A DNA stretch of 64,000 nucleotides, from positions 36,642,001-36,706,000 of the forward strand of contig NC_043015.1 in the NCBI RefSeq assembly GCF_006345805.1, in the 5' to 3' direction. The notes below the pieces were generated by a model. The model made no database searches. It was given only the letters and a program-made list of their open reading frames with translations, and had not been told where the DNA came from. Every line of letters begins with the position of its first letter. Position 1 is the first letter of the stretch. A program made the translations under genes and the position numbers. The stretch is from Octopus sinensis (taxonomy: Eukaryota). Below are positions 50,291-64,000 of this stretch, piece by piece.

Positions 50291-51057
50291 GGTTTATATT
50301 TGCCGTCACCTCAGATTCGCCCTGAAGTAGGGTCTAAAACTGAAGAGAGAATGTCTGTGTGCAAGTCCAAGATGCAACTGACCTTGCAAGTCATATAATC
50401 AGTCTTGTTTCATACAGTTTTACGATCGTTCTGCTCCGCTGAGGTTAAACATTCGCCGGGTTTAACAAAGATTAACGTGATATGATTATAAGTGGTGGAG
50501 CAGCAGATGAAAGCTGACAGCGAAATGATATGTTTAAAAATTCCCCTTTGGTAATTTCTGGTTCAATTCCACAACGTGACAAATTTTGTGCCAGCTGCCA
50601 TGGCATAGTGTAACGTATATATAAAGTATATTTGCAATCGGAAACTGTGCTGAAGCGCGTAAAGAGACAATGCCTAATTCTTTACTTGGTTTTTAGATGT
50701 TAACACTACTGCCTGTCCCTTGGATACAACTGAAGGTGTCCACTCATCTGTAATCACCTGGATCTCGTGTCAGCCTCGAAACCGTTCCTTCCTCTTGTAT
50801 TGAAATCTCTAAAAAATCATCTTGGATGCAATCGTTTCTGCATTAACTAAATCAAAGAAAGATAAATTATGTAAAACAAATGACAGGCGTTCGATATCGT
50901 TTCAAGCTGTTGATGTTCCTATGATATTTGAGAAACTCATAAACGGCAATAAACTTCCTTGTGATACAAAACGACAAGTTTTAAAGGCATCAATGCAAGA
51001 TATTTATTTCTGTCCTTGAACATATCTGTTGTTGCTTCTTAATATTTTGGTCGTCGC

Positions 51058-51241
51058 AAGGCGGCGAACTGGCAGTATGGATCGCACGCCGGGCAAGATG
51101 ATCAGCGGTATTTCCTATGCCATTGCGTCCTGAATTCGAGGTCGATCCTGTCTTTCATTCTGCTGAATACTGAGGTGAATGGAACCGATTTATTCCCTTC
51201 CCTGAAATTTCTGGCTTTGTGCCAACATTTGAAACCAATAT
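51058..51241 (+). mobile_element. SINE family B, degenerate
   Basis: aaggcggcgaactggcag...gcacgccgggc...gaggtcga...ttctggctttgtgcc. Confidence 0.8.
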
Positions 51242-52749
51242 TCGTGTGAGTATCAATGAACTCTCTCATAACTATCAGAGTTGCTGCATAAATTAGAGAG
51301 TGGAAGGGAGAGGATAAATATCACTAAAAAATAAATATGTCAAAGCAACAGGAAAAAAGAAAAGAAAAAGAAAAAGGAAGAAAAAGAAAAGAAGAAAGAG
51401 TGTTTTATGTTATTTTTAATAATATCGGAAAATAGAAGAACATTTTTAGAGAAAAATATAACGGTTCAAATAATTGTAATAGCAGACGATAATTAATTGT
51501 TGGTTAAATACATGATAAAAACGGACAGTTTCAAAAGATTAATGGTAATGCAAGTGATGAGAAGGGCATGCAGCCATTCATAACCCCATTATTGAATAAT
51601 CATCTCATCACATTCGTTCTATGTATTGACCCCTCTGTGGTGTCCTGTCTGTCCTTGTTTGTACCCCTCTATGTTTGGGCCCTTGTGGCTAATAAAGAAA
51701 TCGGAAGGTGGAGGATAGAAACAAAGCTTCATAATGTTATGTATTTTTTTCTGAAATATTCAAATATCACCCATGGCCGACGCAGACATGATTCATCCTT
51801 CATAATTAGCGGGTGTTTCATTATTGATTTGGCGCAAAGAAGTTCAAGAAATTATGATTCAACCTCAACAAATTTCGCTTCTCTTGTCAATCGTGCAACA
51901 GAGAAGGGAAGCTGACTAATTACATGTTTTTCTGAAGATTTGAATTAATTAGCAATAAGGAATATGATGTGATGAAGTTATTTGAAAGTCGCAAGGGTTA
52001 ACCTAGTATTGTTTAAGAAAGAAGAACTTGGCAAATTTACACCAAATATAGAAACAACAAACTCCTAATGCAGTGACCTCACGACTAAATAGATGGTAAA
52101 TTGTCTCAAATGTGTTACGATTTTGGCTCAACTTGGCCAGTCTTTAGGTCAACAACCTCATGGATTTGGCACGGATTTGTTATATGTTTTCTGCTTATGT
52201 ATTACGTGTTTGCCTCAAAAGCTTCACGAACTTGCCTGTTCCTAATTTTGGCTTTGGTTCATGCGTAAAATGGTTTGGCTTAACTTTGCTTAAGGTTTGT
52301 CACAAACGTTTTAGGCTTTCAAACAGTTCTGTCTTACATTCGGCTCAAGTGCGCCATGCGCCTGGCACAAATGTGCGTTCGAAGGTGACCGGTTCAAATC
52401 AGGAGTATGCTCTGCGACGCTGTGCTTTGGATTTGACCCAGCGTATTACAGGTTCGGTTGAAGCACGTGGGTGTTATGAGTTGTTTTATGACTTTGAGTG
52501 GAAGATGTTAGGCTTTGAACTTCACTGTTTTATTGTAACAGAGCACGGAATGGAGTTTCCTCTGCAAAAGTTCATGATTAGATTTCGCTTCTATAAAATC
52601 ATGCAATGCTTTTCAAAATATATTCATGTTGCTTAAAAGCTGTAAGTAAATTTATATCTACGTGTTTATATACATACGTACGTACATACAAACACACGCA
52701 CACATATAGGTATGTGTGTGTGCATGTGCCTCCCGGATTTGTGTATGAG

Positions 52750-52792
<43 letters not shown>

Positions 52793-53482
52793 TATATATA
52801 TAGTTACGCACAGGCGTGTTTGTTTGATAAGATGATTCCCACGGCCTGACACCTTGACCAATACTCTTCTACTACAGCATTGGACCGATTTGCGTGTGGT
52901 TTTGGGAGACCGGAGCCGTTGCATAGATATGTGTATCCCTGTGTGGTTGTGAGCATGTATGAACGTGTATCTGTATCCACATGTCTCTCTCTCTCTGTCC
53001 GTCTGTCTATCTAATCTATCTATCTATCTAGACAAGTGTGGATGTATGTGTGTACGTACCCCAATATATATATATAATATATATATATACATACATATAT
53101 ATATATCATAGACATAAGTGTTTATATTGAAATATATTTACATTTTAATTATGTTTGTCCACTTTGATAGATTTACTTCGAATGTAAAACAGAAATGTAT
53201 TCATTGCACATTATGTATGTTTGTTATTTTTCTTTTCAAATAAATACAACTCTTGAAAAACACTTGATAATTTACAATTTTTAAAATAAAGAATTATTTC
53301 AAAGTTACTATTGATGTTTCGCGGTCAACATTTTTTGCATAGTTTTGCTTCTATTATTGGAATTATTATTCCTGATTTTAGTGATTCTGGTTTCATTGTG
53401 TAAATTATATTTCACATTTTTTTTTTTCAAATTGCAATGTTACTGCTCAAATTTATATCACACAACTGTCTGGACGCGTGTG

Positions 53483-53523
<41 letters not shown>

Positions 53524-53765
53524 TCAAACATTTATACATACATACATACATTCAAACAAACGTACACACTGATGTGTATCTATCTATGTAAATATATATA
53601 CACACACACATACATACACACACACGCACACACATACGCATATATATATGGATATCTGTCTATCTGTATGCATCTTTGTAGATACCTGTATATATGCATA
53701 CCTGTACATACCTGTATATTCATCAGTTTCTTTGTTATCAAGCTGTTTTTCTCTCCATTTCTGCA

Positions 53766-53839
<74 letters not shown>

Positions 53840-53959
53840 TAAGTCTAACGTTCTTCAAAATGGTTTTGATTATAAATGCAGTTACTGGGACAGCTTTCGC
53901 GAGGCAAAAAACCATCTTACCAAACGGGTGTAGATTTCATTGCAAATGCTGTGGCCAGA

Positions 53960-55100
53960 AAAGTGAATTTCACCAGCGACATACATGAAGAAGCGCCATT
54001 TCAACCGGTTGAGCAGCAAGGCCGTGACAGCTGACAATGAGAGGTTTAGGGCGGGAAACCGAGGACCTGGAGGCAGCGGCAATGAACAACGACATCATCC
54101 ATATGTTTCAATACGTTTCTCCAGAAACTGTGACGATCCACGGTTCCAGACATCCCTGGTGACGGACACTGATGGCAATGGTCATTACCATGGTAACCGC
54201 CCGGCTCCAACACTGGAAGCATCAACTCAGTATTCTTCATCAATCAACAACTATTCCAGTCGATTCTAACAATCACTGGAAACACAGTTACAACCAATGG
54301 CATTTGGGAACTCGATCCTGCTACTCCTGACGAAGTCATTGCCGACCTGAAGAAGCTCAGAATCTAGCCCCTCGAATCTACTCTATGACTGCGAATATAT
54401 TGAGAGCGAGCGGAGATAACATATTAAAGAGGTTCACTCGCATCATCAACCATGTACTGGTGACAGAGCGATTCCCAAATGACTGGTTTCGGGGCATACT
54501 CCTCCTGTCATGGAAAAGGAAGGGCGAGAAACTTGTCTGTATCAACCACAGGGGTATCACCCCCTTCTTAGCTCTGGTAACTTCTTTGCCAAAATGCTCC
54601 TCAGCGTGCTCTTCCAACTAGAAGCAGTCCCTGACCGCAGGAAGCCGGACTCGGGACAAATCTACCACCGACCATACTTTTGCACTCCCACTCAGTATTG
54701 GGAGTTTCGCAAAGATCCCTGCCTCTACACCACCTTCATCGACGCCGAAAAAATCTCACTGAAAAAATTCTGAAGCTCATCGGTGCGCCTCTCCAGGTTA
54801 CTCTTCCGTTCCAGTGTCTCTATAGCCGTGCCGAGAGCTGTGTGCTGGTGAATAGAAGTGTCTCTGACTTGTTCTCCAGCAAATGTGGAGTCAGAGATGG
54901 CGATGTGACCGATCCTGGCCTCTTCAACTCTTTCAATGATGACTAAAATCTCCGAACGTGTTTCTGGCGTTATTTTCAGGAAGCGCCACCACACCGACCG
55001 TGACTATGCGGACGATACCACTCTCTCAGCAACTCGATCAACCAGCTCTGGGACACACTGACCATATAATGAAAGCTATCAGGAATGCTTGGCATATTAA
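53960..55100 (+). mobile_element. RTE-clade LINE fragment (linker plus RT), decayed
   Basis: TPDEVIADLKKL, FPNDWFRGILLLSWKRKG...INHRGIT, RSTTDHTFAL, CGVRDGDV, DYADDTTL; frameshifted. Confidence 0.92.
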
Positions 55101-55124
55101 AGATTCTTCCAGCTCACCACCTAC

Positions 55125-55125
55125 G

Positions 55126-55207
<82 letters not shown>

Positions 55208-55232
55208 GAAGAAGAAGAAGAAGAAGAAGAAG
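55125..55232. repeat. (AAT)n(AAG)n microsatellite
   Basis: Read directly. Confidence 0.95.
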
Positions 55233-57279
55233 AATCCATTCCAGCAACAAATTCACTCAATATATGCATGGAATTTTTTACAGATTTTGTATGTATCGAT
55301 ATATGTGGAAATGCTGGTACGTATGCATGCATGTTGTCAAGTACGTAAGCATGCCTATATATATATATATAATTGTATATGTGCGTGTAGTATATTTATA
55401 TAATTATGCATGCATTTATGTATGTATGCATATAGCATTTGCGTATATATATAGTATTTATATGAGTGTGAATTATGCGTGTATGTATATGTATAAGCTG
55501 TATATATATTTAATAGGTGTACATATATGTGTATGTATTGAATAGCATTAATGATAGCATTAATATATAATCTGGTGATATCTCCATTCATTTGATCTTT
55601 GTAGACAAGTTAGCATCTATAATTAGATTGTCATCCATCAGAATGCGTTACGCAATTATAGAAATGAGTAATTCTTCAAATATTTCCTCTATTTTAAATT
55701 AACATATTGACGTTTTCAAATAACCATTGTTATACTCTGTGGAAATATATATGGAAATACAAACCCGTTGCGTTTGTTAAAATTGCATTCATCATATTCT
55801 TTATTTCGATCACTCTGCTTCTTTATTAATCGTATTTTACAAACCACTCCGTCGTCGCTGCCGTTGTCGTTGTGGGAACGTGTTCACTTTCAATTCATAT
55901 GGGTTTTCTAGTAAAAGTAGGGTACCACAGTATTGTGTGTCGGGGTAACCATTCGATGATATTAACAAAGGTGTACCAGTACTTGATCGATAAAATATTT
56001 TATCGATTTGGCACGGGTAAGATGCTAAATTGTTCTCAGCTGGTGTTGAAAACAATATTCATGTTCATGTAGCCAAAAACTCTTTATATTTCGTTAATCA
56101 ATCTTCCTTTATAATAACAGCTTTTGATTTAGACGTAAGGCAACGATTTCAAGGTGAGTGATTTTAGAATCACACGGAGTTTAGCATTTGAGAGTTACTT
56201 TACCAAAATAGCCCAATGTGGGATGAAATCGGAAGACTCATAACTCCAAACATTCTTAACCACAAATATATTTCCCGCACCACAGTTACGATGAGAGAAC
56301 ACCTCGGAAGGGTGAAACGCAAATATTTTCCTAGCAAGATTAGAGATGAGAACGTCAACAGCTGGAAGAAATGCCTTCAGACATTTGATGTGACGCTCTA
56401 ACCCCGCTTAACGATGATAATGTCTTGTTTGCGTATAAACAGGTATTTTTAGGAAACATTATTAGTCGATTACTATTAGATTTAGTACACGTACTTCATT
56501 GCACCGATGGATGTTATTATTGCCTTCAATGAAATTCACAATTCAAACAGCCACCACTAGAAGATTCAGGAATTTTCGTCTACTTTTCTGTTAGCCATTT
56601 TAATATTTTTTCTCGAACACTTGGACACTTAAGACTACCCATCCGGTTTACATGATATGTGACCCAGATCATATTTCCCCTGAACAGGACACCAGCCCTT
56701 TGCAAGATACAAACCCGGCGATTCTAAGATGTGGTAGGTCCATTTCATTGATGCCAACAACTTGAATTAAGGGGAGATCCCAAGTCGAATTACATCCACC
56801 TCTCGACGAAAGGTAAATCCTCCCTCGTCACAGTTTGAGAAAATGCCACTAATCATTTAGTCCGATGCATTGACAACAACGATAACTCCCCTCCTTACAC
56901 TCTAATGTTGTTGCCATCAATATTGATTGGTGGAAAGGAGTTGGTACTTTCATTCTTTTGACTACATTACTTCAGCGGAATAAACACTTGAGTTGTATTG
57001 ACCTCACTGGGCCCCGAAATGAAAGAGAGGAGGAACATGAAATAGGTGAGATTTGAATTTCAACATGAAGGACAATATGTAAATGTGTAAAAACAGCAAA
57101 CCCTACTCACGGGTACTCCTCCTCGATAAATCCCGCACGACCACTGAATTTCTCTTAATATTTCATCATCATCACCATCATCATCAATATGTGCACACTG
57201 ATGTTTGGAGATCGCTGACACACAGGACCGGTTTTCACGCTTTCCATTGCATATAAACGACTTCCTTCCCGCAGGAGAG

Positions 57280-57410
57280 TTTCTGATTCACAGCCGAGTG
57301 CACTGGAGCAAAATGAAACGAGTTTAGCTGAAGAGCACAACGCAAAGGGCGTGTTCAGGAATCGAAACCACTAGCTTTCGATCGTTACAGCAAAACCTCT
57401 AGCCTCTGTG
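57280..57410 (-). mobile_element. SINE family C 5' region, degenerate
   Basis: gcactggagcaaaatgaaacg...gagcacaacgc...caggaatcgaaaccac is the reverse complement of a tRNA head plus CORE-like block. Confidence 0.6.
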
Positions 57411-57876
57411 TCATCATTTTCTATTATTTCTGTTGATTTAGTTATTGTATAATTAAACGAGAAAAGTTTAATATATTTAGGAATCGAGTCGAGAGTGTAA
57501 ACGATGTCCGCCATTATCACGATTGTGTCATCACTATGATGATGATGATGATGATGATGATGACGATACCTACGGTGGCGATGAAGATTGCTCTGTGATA
57601 ATTTATGTTACCATTAAACATTGATATTAATATCAATGTTTTCTTACAATGAAAGCGGAAAGTGTTAATATAATTAGAATAGAGAAACGAAGGCTAAAAC
57701 TATTGTGGGAATTAATCGTCACTTCCGTTGCGGTTGCCGCCATATCGTTACGAATTTTATTGTTTCTACTATCGTTACTTTCGACGTTGTTGTTGCTGCA
57801 ACGCTAGTAGTAGTAGCCGTAGCAGCAGCAGCAGCAACAGCAGTAGCAGTAGCTGTAGTAGTAGTAGTAGTAGTAT

Positions 57877-57917
<41 letters not shown>

Positions 57918-58563
57918 TCAGCAGTTGTTGTTGTTGTCTGATTCAGTACTCTTGCTATTAATATTAATATGTCTTACAATTAAAAGCGAGGATGTTAATA
58001 TGATTATAATACAGAGTTACTAGAATCGGAATTGTGGGAATTAAGTGAGATTGAGTTATACATCATTTATTAACGTTTAATCAACTTCATTGTCTTAAAT
58101 TCGTCTCTGCAAATGAGTTGCAACAGGCATCTTTCAGTTGGACCATCTGCTCCTACAATATCTCAGCTTCTACATTTACCGACGTTCATCTCACCAGAGA
58201 ATTGCCAAATGCACATTCTGAAATAGTAATATGAAGATTCTCTCAATATGGCGGCGTGACACCTTATGGTGATTTACGACCTATGAAAGGTGTTTCAGAA
58301 ATGTGGCGTGCACGCGCAAAGTATTAGTTGAGAGTAGAATGGTATGAATGTGGCGAAAGTGTAAACGATCCCCTATGTATGTATGTACGTATGTATGTAT
58401 GTATGTATGTATGCATGTATGTATGTGTGTATGTATGTATGTATGCATGTATGTATGTGTGTATTTATATGTATGTATGTAAGTGTGTATGTATGTATTT
58501 AGATATGTATTTATCTAAGTATCTCTCTCTCTCTCTACACACATATATATATATATAATATAT

Positions 58564-58632
<69 letters not shown>

Positions 58633-58989
58633 TGATAGAAATGGCAAGGCAACAAAAGGAAGAGACCTCGATATTATATAAATAGAGGAATTTATCTTTA
58701 AATATACTATGTGACAATTATTCGGTAGCCATAATTAAACTCCGAGTTTCGGATGTCGGGGTGGAAAACCACGCCGGCTTCTCTTGTGTTATCGGGCCAT
58801 CGGAAAAAATGCTATGAACATGTTTCTTGATCAACCTTGTTGTAATTTCCTTGAGCCCGCGGCCTGGACGTGTCTCTCTTACCAACATATTAACCATTCT
58901 AACCTAATTTCTGTATTGGATTCTATGCAAAACGATAAATCCTTTTCAGCATAATTCAGCGTATCTGTCCAATGGTTATGCCATTCCTA

Positions 58990-59310
58990 TTCCAGTGTGA
59001 AAGCTCGCAGCTTCGTGGTTGCGAGATTCGGTTCACGACCTGTCAGTCGTGAGTTCAAATTCGAGCAGAGTGCGTTCTGTTTTTGACCTAAACACTTTAT
59101 GTTGCCCCAGTGTAATCTGTTGGCAATATTGAGTTTTACCAATACTTCAAAGTACTATAATGGTCGTACTCTGCGTCACGCTGAATAACCCGGAGAAATA
59201 CGTTAAGAATACACGTATGTGTGGAGGTCTCCGCTACTTGCACATAAATTTCACAAGCAGGCTGTTTTGTTTATCCGACGACTGGAAAACTTGTCCTCGT
59301 AAATGACAGT
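58990..59310 (+). mobile_element. SINE family C, degenerate near-full copy
   Basis: gtgagttcaaattc B-box, then gtcacgctgaat...tacgttaag...cacttgcacataaatttcacaagcaggctgtt body recalled from an Octopus SINE family. Confidence 0.65.
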
Positions 59311-59714
59311 TTAAAAAACAATTTTAAAAAAGTGTTTACACTGTAACATGAACCGGAGAGTTTGTTTTTCTTTCCTTTCACCCCGGAACTTTAACATACA
59401 AAGTGTAATGAGGGACGGAAGTGTAAGCGGAATCCATTGCTTCGTTGCCCAAAGTAATTAGTTTCAAATTTCTTGCAAGTGTATATACCTTTATGGCCCA
59501 ATGGTAAAAATTATTGCAAATTGACTAAAAATGTAATGGATAATGTTCTGCATCAACGTTTTTAGCTTCCGGCCTGGCGTAGAATTATGGTGCTTTCTGT
59601 GGTTTTATATTTCGATTTGCTGTTGTTGCTTAGACGTATGTCATCTTAGAATACACATCATGTAGAAATGTGTTTCAACACTGAACACTAGGACCTGTAT
59701 TTGTCAGATTGCAT

Positions 59715-59918
59715 TAAATAATGGCAGAAGAACAGCGAAATTAGAGAGGAGGGGTAAGTCGATGTTTTCGACTCCAGTGTATTTATCGACCGCCACCCAT
59801 GACAAGATGAAAGGCAAAATAAGCCTCGGCAGAATAAGACTTTGAGAACGTAAAGATGGACGATACGCCTGTAAGCATTTCTGCCAGCTTACTAACGATT
59901 CTGTCAGGACGCCACCTT
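59715..59918 (-). mobile_element. SINE family B, degenerate
   Basis: gatgaaaggcaaaataagcctcggcaga...agcatttctgccagcttactaacgattctg. Confidence 0.75.
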
Positions 59919-60992
59919 CGACAGATACTTTTTGTCGTTCCCGAAAATGGAAAAGTTTGATCTCAGTAGAGAATTTCAGCTCAGAACGGACGAAATGCAG
60001 CAAGGTATTTGCTCTGTTTCCTAACAATTCTCACAGGTTCCCCGCCTTCATTATGTTAAATAATAAATGCATTTGAAAAGGGTAAAGTGTCTCTAAAAGA
60101 TTCACCAATTAGCATCTGTCGTAGTTCAATAATGTTAACAAGCATTACTCGTCGAGTTTAGAGCAAAGTGTTTATTGAGGGTTTTGAAAGGGGAAGCACA
60201 GTATACCTTATTGGCACTGGAGTTGGACTAGTGGTGATCAACTCGATGCAATTCTGCCTTTAAAGGACATATTTTATTATTCCAAGACATAAATCAGTTG
60301 TTTGCAGGAGATACGCTCAATTCTGCTGGGAATTTTCTTTGTGATCGAATACGACCAATAAACTCTTCTTGATTTCACTTTCTTTGTGGTTAATAAATTA
60401 ATCTACTTCTCAAGTACTCGAGCTAAAACATATTTTCTTTTCTAAACTTAGCTCAAAGCTACAAGCATAAAAATATGACGGAGAGATACCTAGAATTTTT
60501 TATCTGCAAAGGACAAAAATAGCGATAAAATCTTGCTGAGGTTGACATTAATTTTTCTGGGGAGATCAAGAAGTAGCATTGGAACACTGGCTTGGGATAA
60601 ACCAATTCCATACTTTACAGAACAGCTTCTCCTCCTTCGGACAAATCAGGGAAATCAATATTTTTGTATTTATTACGAAGAAAAGAAAAAGCGAAATCAA
60701 TAGAGTCACTAGAAGACAACCACCTTCTATTTTAGCACAGGTCTTTTGAGTTTGGGGTTCAAATCAAATGGAGAACCAACTTTAGATATTTGTCCTTGCT
60801 GGGGTAACTTACGATAACGTCAGTAGTATTGACTTATATTCAAAGAATTGCACTTTGCAATCAAGTAGTCTGCAGTTCGAAGTCAGCGAAGCGTACTTGA
60901 GGTACACAAATGTCTTACAAGCTGTATTTTTTAGATGGAAACTATTGGCGGCTTGCACACTCACAAACAAATACATACATACATACAATATA

Positions 60993-61041
<49 letters not shown>

Positions 61042-61059
61042 TTGTGTGTGTGTATGTGT

Positions 61060-61400
61060 TAAATAGAATGAGACAACAAAGCCAAGGCTGTTTGGAAATT
61101 TTCAGGACATTTATTAAGAGAAATTCGTCTTACAGCTGTTTCTGGGTTATTAGAGATATTATTTCATCAGAGACGCTGTGAGAGAGTTAAATAGAGTGCA
61201 ATATTAGACTCCAGTATAAGGAGTTATTTTGGAAAAGAATGGAAATAAAAATTATAAAGGGAAATAAGGGAATAAAAGGAAAAATAAAAAGATGTATAAA
61301 ATGCTATAGTTGCAGCTCCATTACCCAAGGAAGTGGTGTGTATAGAAGTTGTGGAAATGCTTCCTATCCGCGGTATGTAAATTCAGATGGCAGTTCATAT
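61060..61400 (-). mobile_element. Penelope-like terminal fragment abutting a TG/TA microsatellite
   Basis: Contains a hammerhead motif followed by taataaa, and ends in aacagccttggctttgttgtctcatt, a terminus shared with 5051-5078. Confidence 0.65.
61126..61175 (-). ncRNA. Type I hammerhead ribozyme motif, stem II decayed
   Basis: Minus strand: cgtct CTGATGA aataatatctctaataaccca GAAA cagctg TA agacg. Canonical core, perfect 5-bp stem I, palindromic ACAGCTGT stem III, GUA site. Confidence 0.7.
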
Positions 61401-61439
61401 TTTGTCATTAAAAAAATGGAAAGTGTTGAGACGTAGATT

Positions 61440-61910
61440 CCATGTGCTGCTGATTCTCCTCCTCCACCTCCTCCTCCTACTCCTCAGCATCATCGTCTTC
61501 TTTTCTTCTTCATATTTTTTCTTTATATTCTTTCTTTATTCATTCACCATTTCCAGCTTCATTCATTATCTTCTTCGTTAATCTCTTCACAGAATCTCTT
61601 TCCAAACATCCACCATCAACATCATCCACCTGCTCCTTCTGCTCCCACTCTCCACCTCCTCCTCCTCCACTCCTTCTCACATTTTCATTCATCTTCATCC
61701 CCTCCCTCTTCTTCTTCCTTCTCCTCCACCCCGCACCACCAACACCATCATCATCATCGTCTTCTTCTCCCTCCTCCACCTCCTCATATTCTCCATCTTT
61801 ATACTCTTTCTCAGCCTCCCCTTCTACGTCATTTCTCCCACTCCTCCTCCTCTTCCTTTTTTTATTCTTCTCCTTCCCTTCAACAATTTTCTCATCCTTC
61901 TCTTCTCGTT
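61440..61910. repeat. Pyrimidine-rich low-complexity tract
   Basis: CT/CCT/CTT-rich, read directly. Confidence 0.85.
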
Positions 61911-62348
61911 ATGGAATATTTCCTTTTGGATGGAGAACAGTAGAAACAATTCCTCAGATACTTATCTCTATATAAGATAACAATTGATTGATTTTGTTTT
62001 CAATTATCAAAAATGAAAGATATTGTGAATAAATATCAACTAAACAACGTCCATTGAATGAGACGGATTCTCTTTTCTTTACTTTTTTTCTCTTTCTGTG
62101 TCTTAATGTTAACACGAATATTTATTTATTACGACTATTTAAATCTTTGAGCAGACGACACCAACAAGCTGTATTTACCGGTTCAGACTGATCTTATACA
62201 TACACACACAAACGCATACGTGTGTGTATGTGTGTATCCTTATGTGCATGTGCGTGTATGTATATTGATATGTGTATAAATGCAAATATATGTATATACA
62301 TAAACACATATGTGTATACTAAGACTTGTATGTATGTATGTATGTATG

Positions 62349-62411
<63 letters not shown>

Positions 62412-62613
62412 AGTGCATTGTTCCCATACAAACAGACACCAGGATACAAGACAGCCATTAAATATTATCTATATAGTAATATAAACTCCGCAAATATTGT
62501 TTTTCTACAAACAATATACATATGTAGATACATATATACATTTATCTTATAAGTATATATGTACTATGAGCATAAGTATCTAGGTATGTATGTGTATATA
62601 TATATATACATAC

Positions 62614-62646
<33 letters not shown>

Positions 62647-63098
62647 ATATACTGTATCTATGTTTACCTATACATACATATATATATATGTGTGTGTGTG
62701 TGTGTATGTGTGAGTGTGAATGTGTGTGTATGCATCTATTAATGTATGTATGCATGTATGTATACACATCATATCTCAGTTTTATCAAAATGGTGATAGA
62801 TATATTTTCCTCTCCGTTGATATGATTGAAGGGGATATGTCGTGCGATATATAATGTGTCAACGTATGCATACACTCTCACATTCCTACAAACAAGCACG
62901 CATAGCTACACACACAAACACACTTGAAAACAAAGGGACACAGATGGACGCACAGAACTACATAGAAACACACAAACCGACAAAAATATTCACACACTTC
63001 AAAATACTAAAACCTGAACAGTGACAGAGTCTAGCGTAAAATATGACTCGACACTTTCGCACGTTTAACATTAGACACAGAAATACACATATTTATGG

Positions 63099-63099
<1 letters not shown>

Positions 63100-63129
<30 letters not shown>

Positions 63130-63936
63130 TATATATATGTATATATTTATATATATATGTGTATGTATGTATGTATACATATATATATATGTGTGTTTGT
63201 GTATTTATATGTATATATGTATATATGTATGTATGTATATATGTATATATGCATATATATATATGTATATATATATATGTGTATATATATATGTATATAT
63301 GTATATATGTATATATATATAATATATATATGTATATATATATATATGTGTGTATATATATATATATAAATATATATATCTGTATATATGTATTTATACA
63401 TATATATGTACAAATGCGTGTCTGTGCATGTGCATTCGTGTATGTGTATTTGTGTGCGAATAATTACTATTCTGCTTCAGGGTTTTCGAGTCTAGATACA
63501 TAAACGTGTTAGGTACGCGGTCGGTAATGTCTTCCCGCCATTTTGATGCTAGAAGGTCAACTGGGTAAGATACAGAGACGTTGTTTACACAGCTAAATGT
63601 CAATAGAGATTCACTTTTATTTCTTCGACCGCCATTTTATCTCAGCCTATTCAATTTCTCTATTAGCTTTTCTAGGTATTTTTACTTCTTTTTACGTACA
63701 TAAATGTATATATGTAGTTAGGTAGTTAGGTAGGTAGGTATGCATATACGTATTTGTGTATGTATCTATGTATCTATGTATTTATGTATTTATAATATAT
63801 ATATATATATAGATTTATGCATACGTATGTATATCTACAATGTATATATATGTACGTATGAGCTTGTGTATATTTACAATATGTATGTATGTATACATAC
63901 ATACATATATATATATATATACACACACACTTACAC

Positions 63937-64000
<64 letters not shown>
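63100..64000. repeat. Degenerate (TA)n/(TATG)n/(CA)n microsatellites
   Basis: Read directly; interrupted by unique sequence at about 63460-63720. Confidence 0.9.

Noticed and set aside
52160-52636. 158-aa plus-strand ORF with a GGTTCAAATC B-box-like motif inside
   Set aside because: No recognisable domain and no tRNA cloverleaf; may be a decayed SINE head within a chance ORF.
55986-56007. Perfect 22-bp palindrome atcgataaaatattttatcgat
   Set aside because: Short, AT-rich and within probable decayed SINE sequence; no further structure.
48-63974. Most ORFs in the supplied track (IY, CV, HT, poly-K/L/T/S/D rich)
   Set aside because: They are translations of stop-free microsatellites; no domain content.

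Overview
Eukaryotic, AT-rich, microsatellite-saturated genomic DNA. The tRNA-derived SINE families resemble those I recall from Octopus, so a coleoid cephalopod origin is likely (recognition, not a database result). No intact recognisable protein-coding gene is present, and nearly all ORFs in the supplied track are translations of simple repeats. Supportable content: about 20 SINE copies or fragments from three families, four decayed RTE-clade LINE fragments (one with a twin-priming-type 5' inversion), a 5'-truncated Tc1 DD34E transposon with its right TIR, and a decayed Penelope-like element (PLE) with GIY-YIG endonuclease. The most coherent unusual signal is a set of short PLE-type termini abutting (TA)n tracts. 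Four hammerhead-ribozyme-like motifs (one structurally complete, with a variant core) and several long fold-back hairpins were found, most within or near such termini. A few isolated exon-like segments, mostly on the minus strand, are reported at low confidence.
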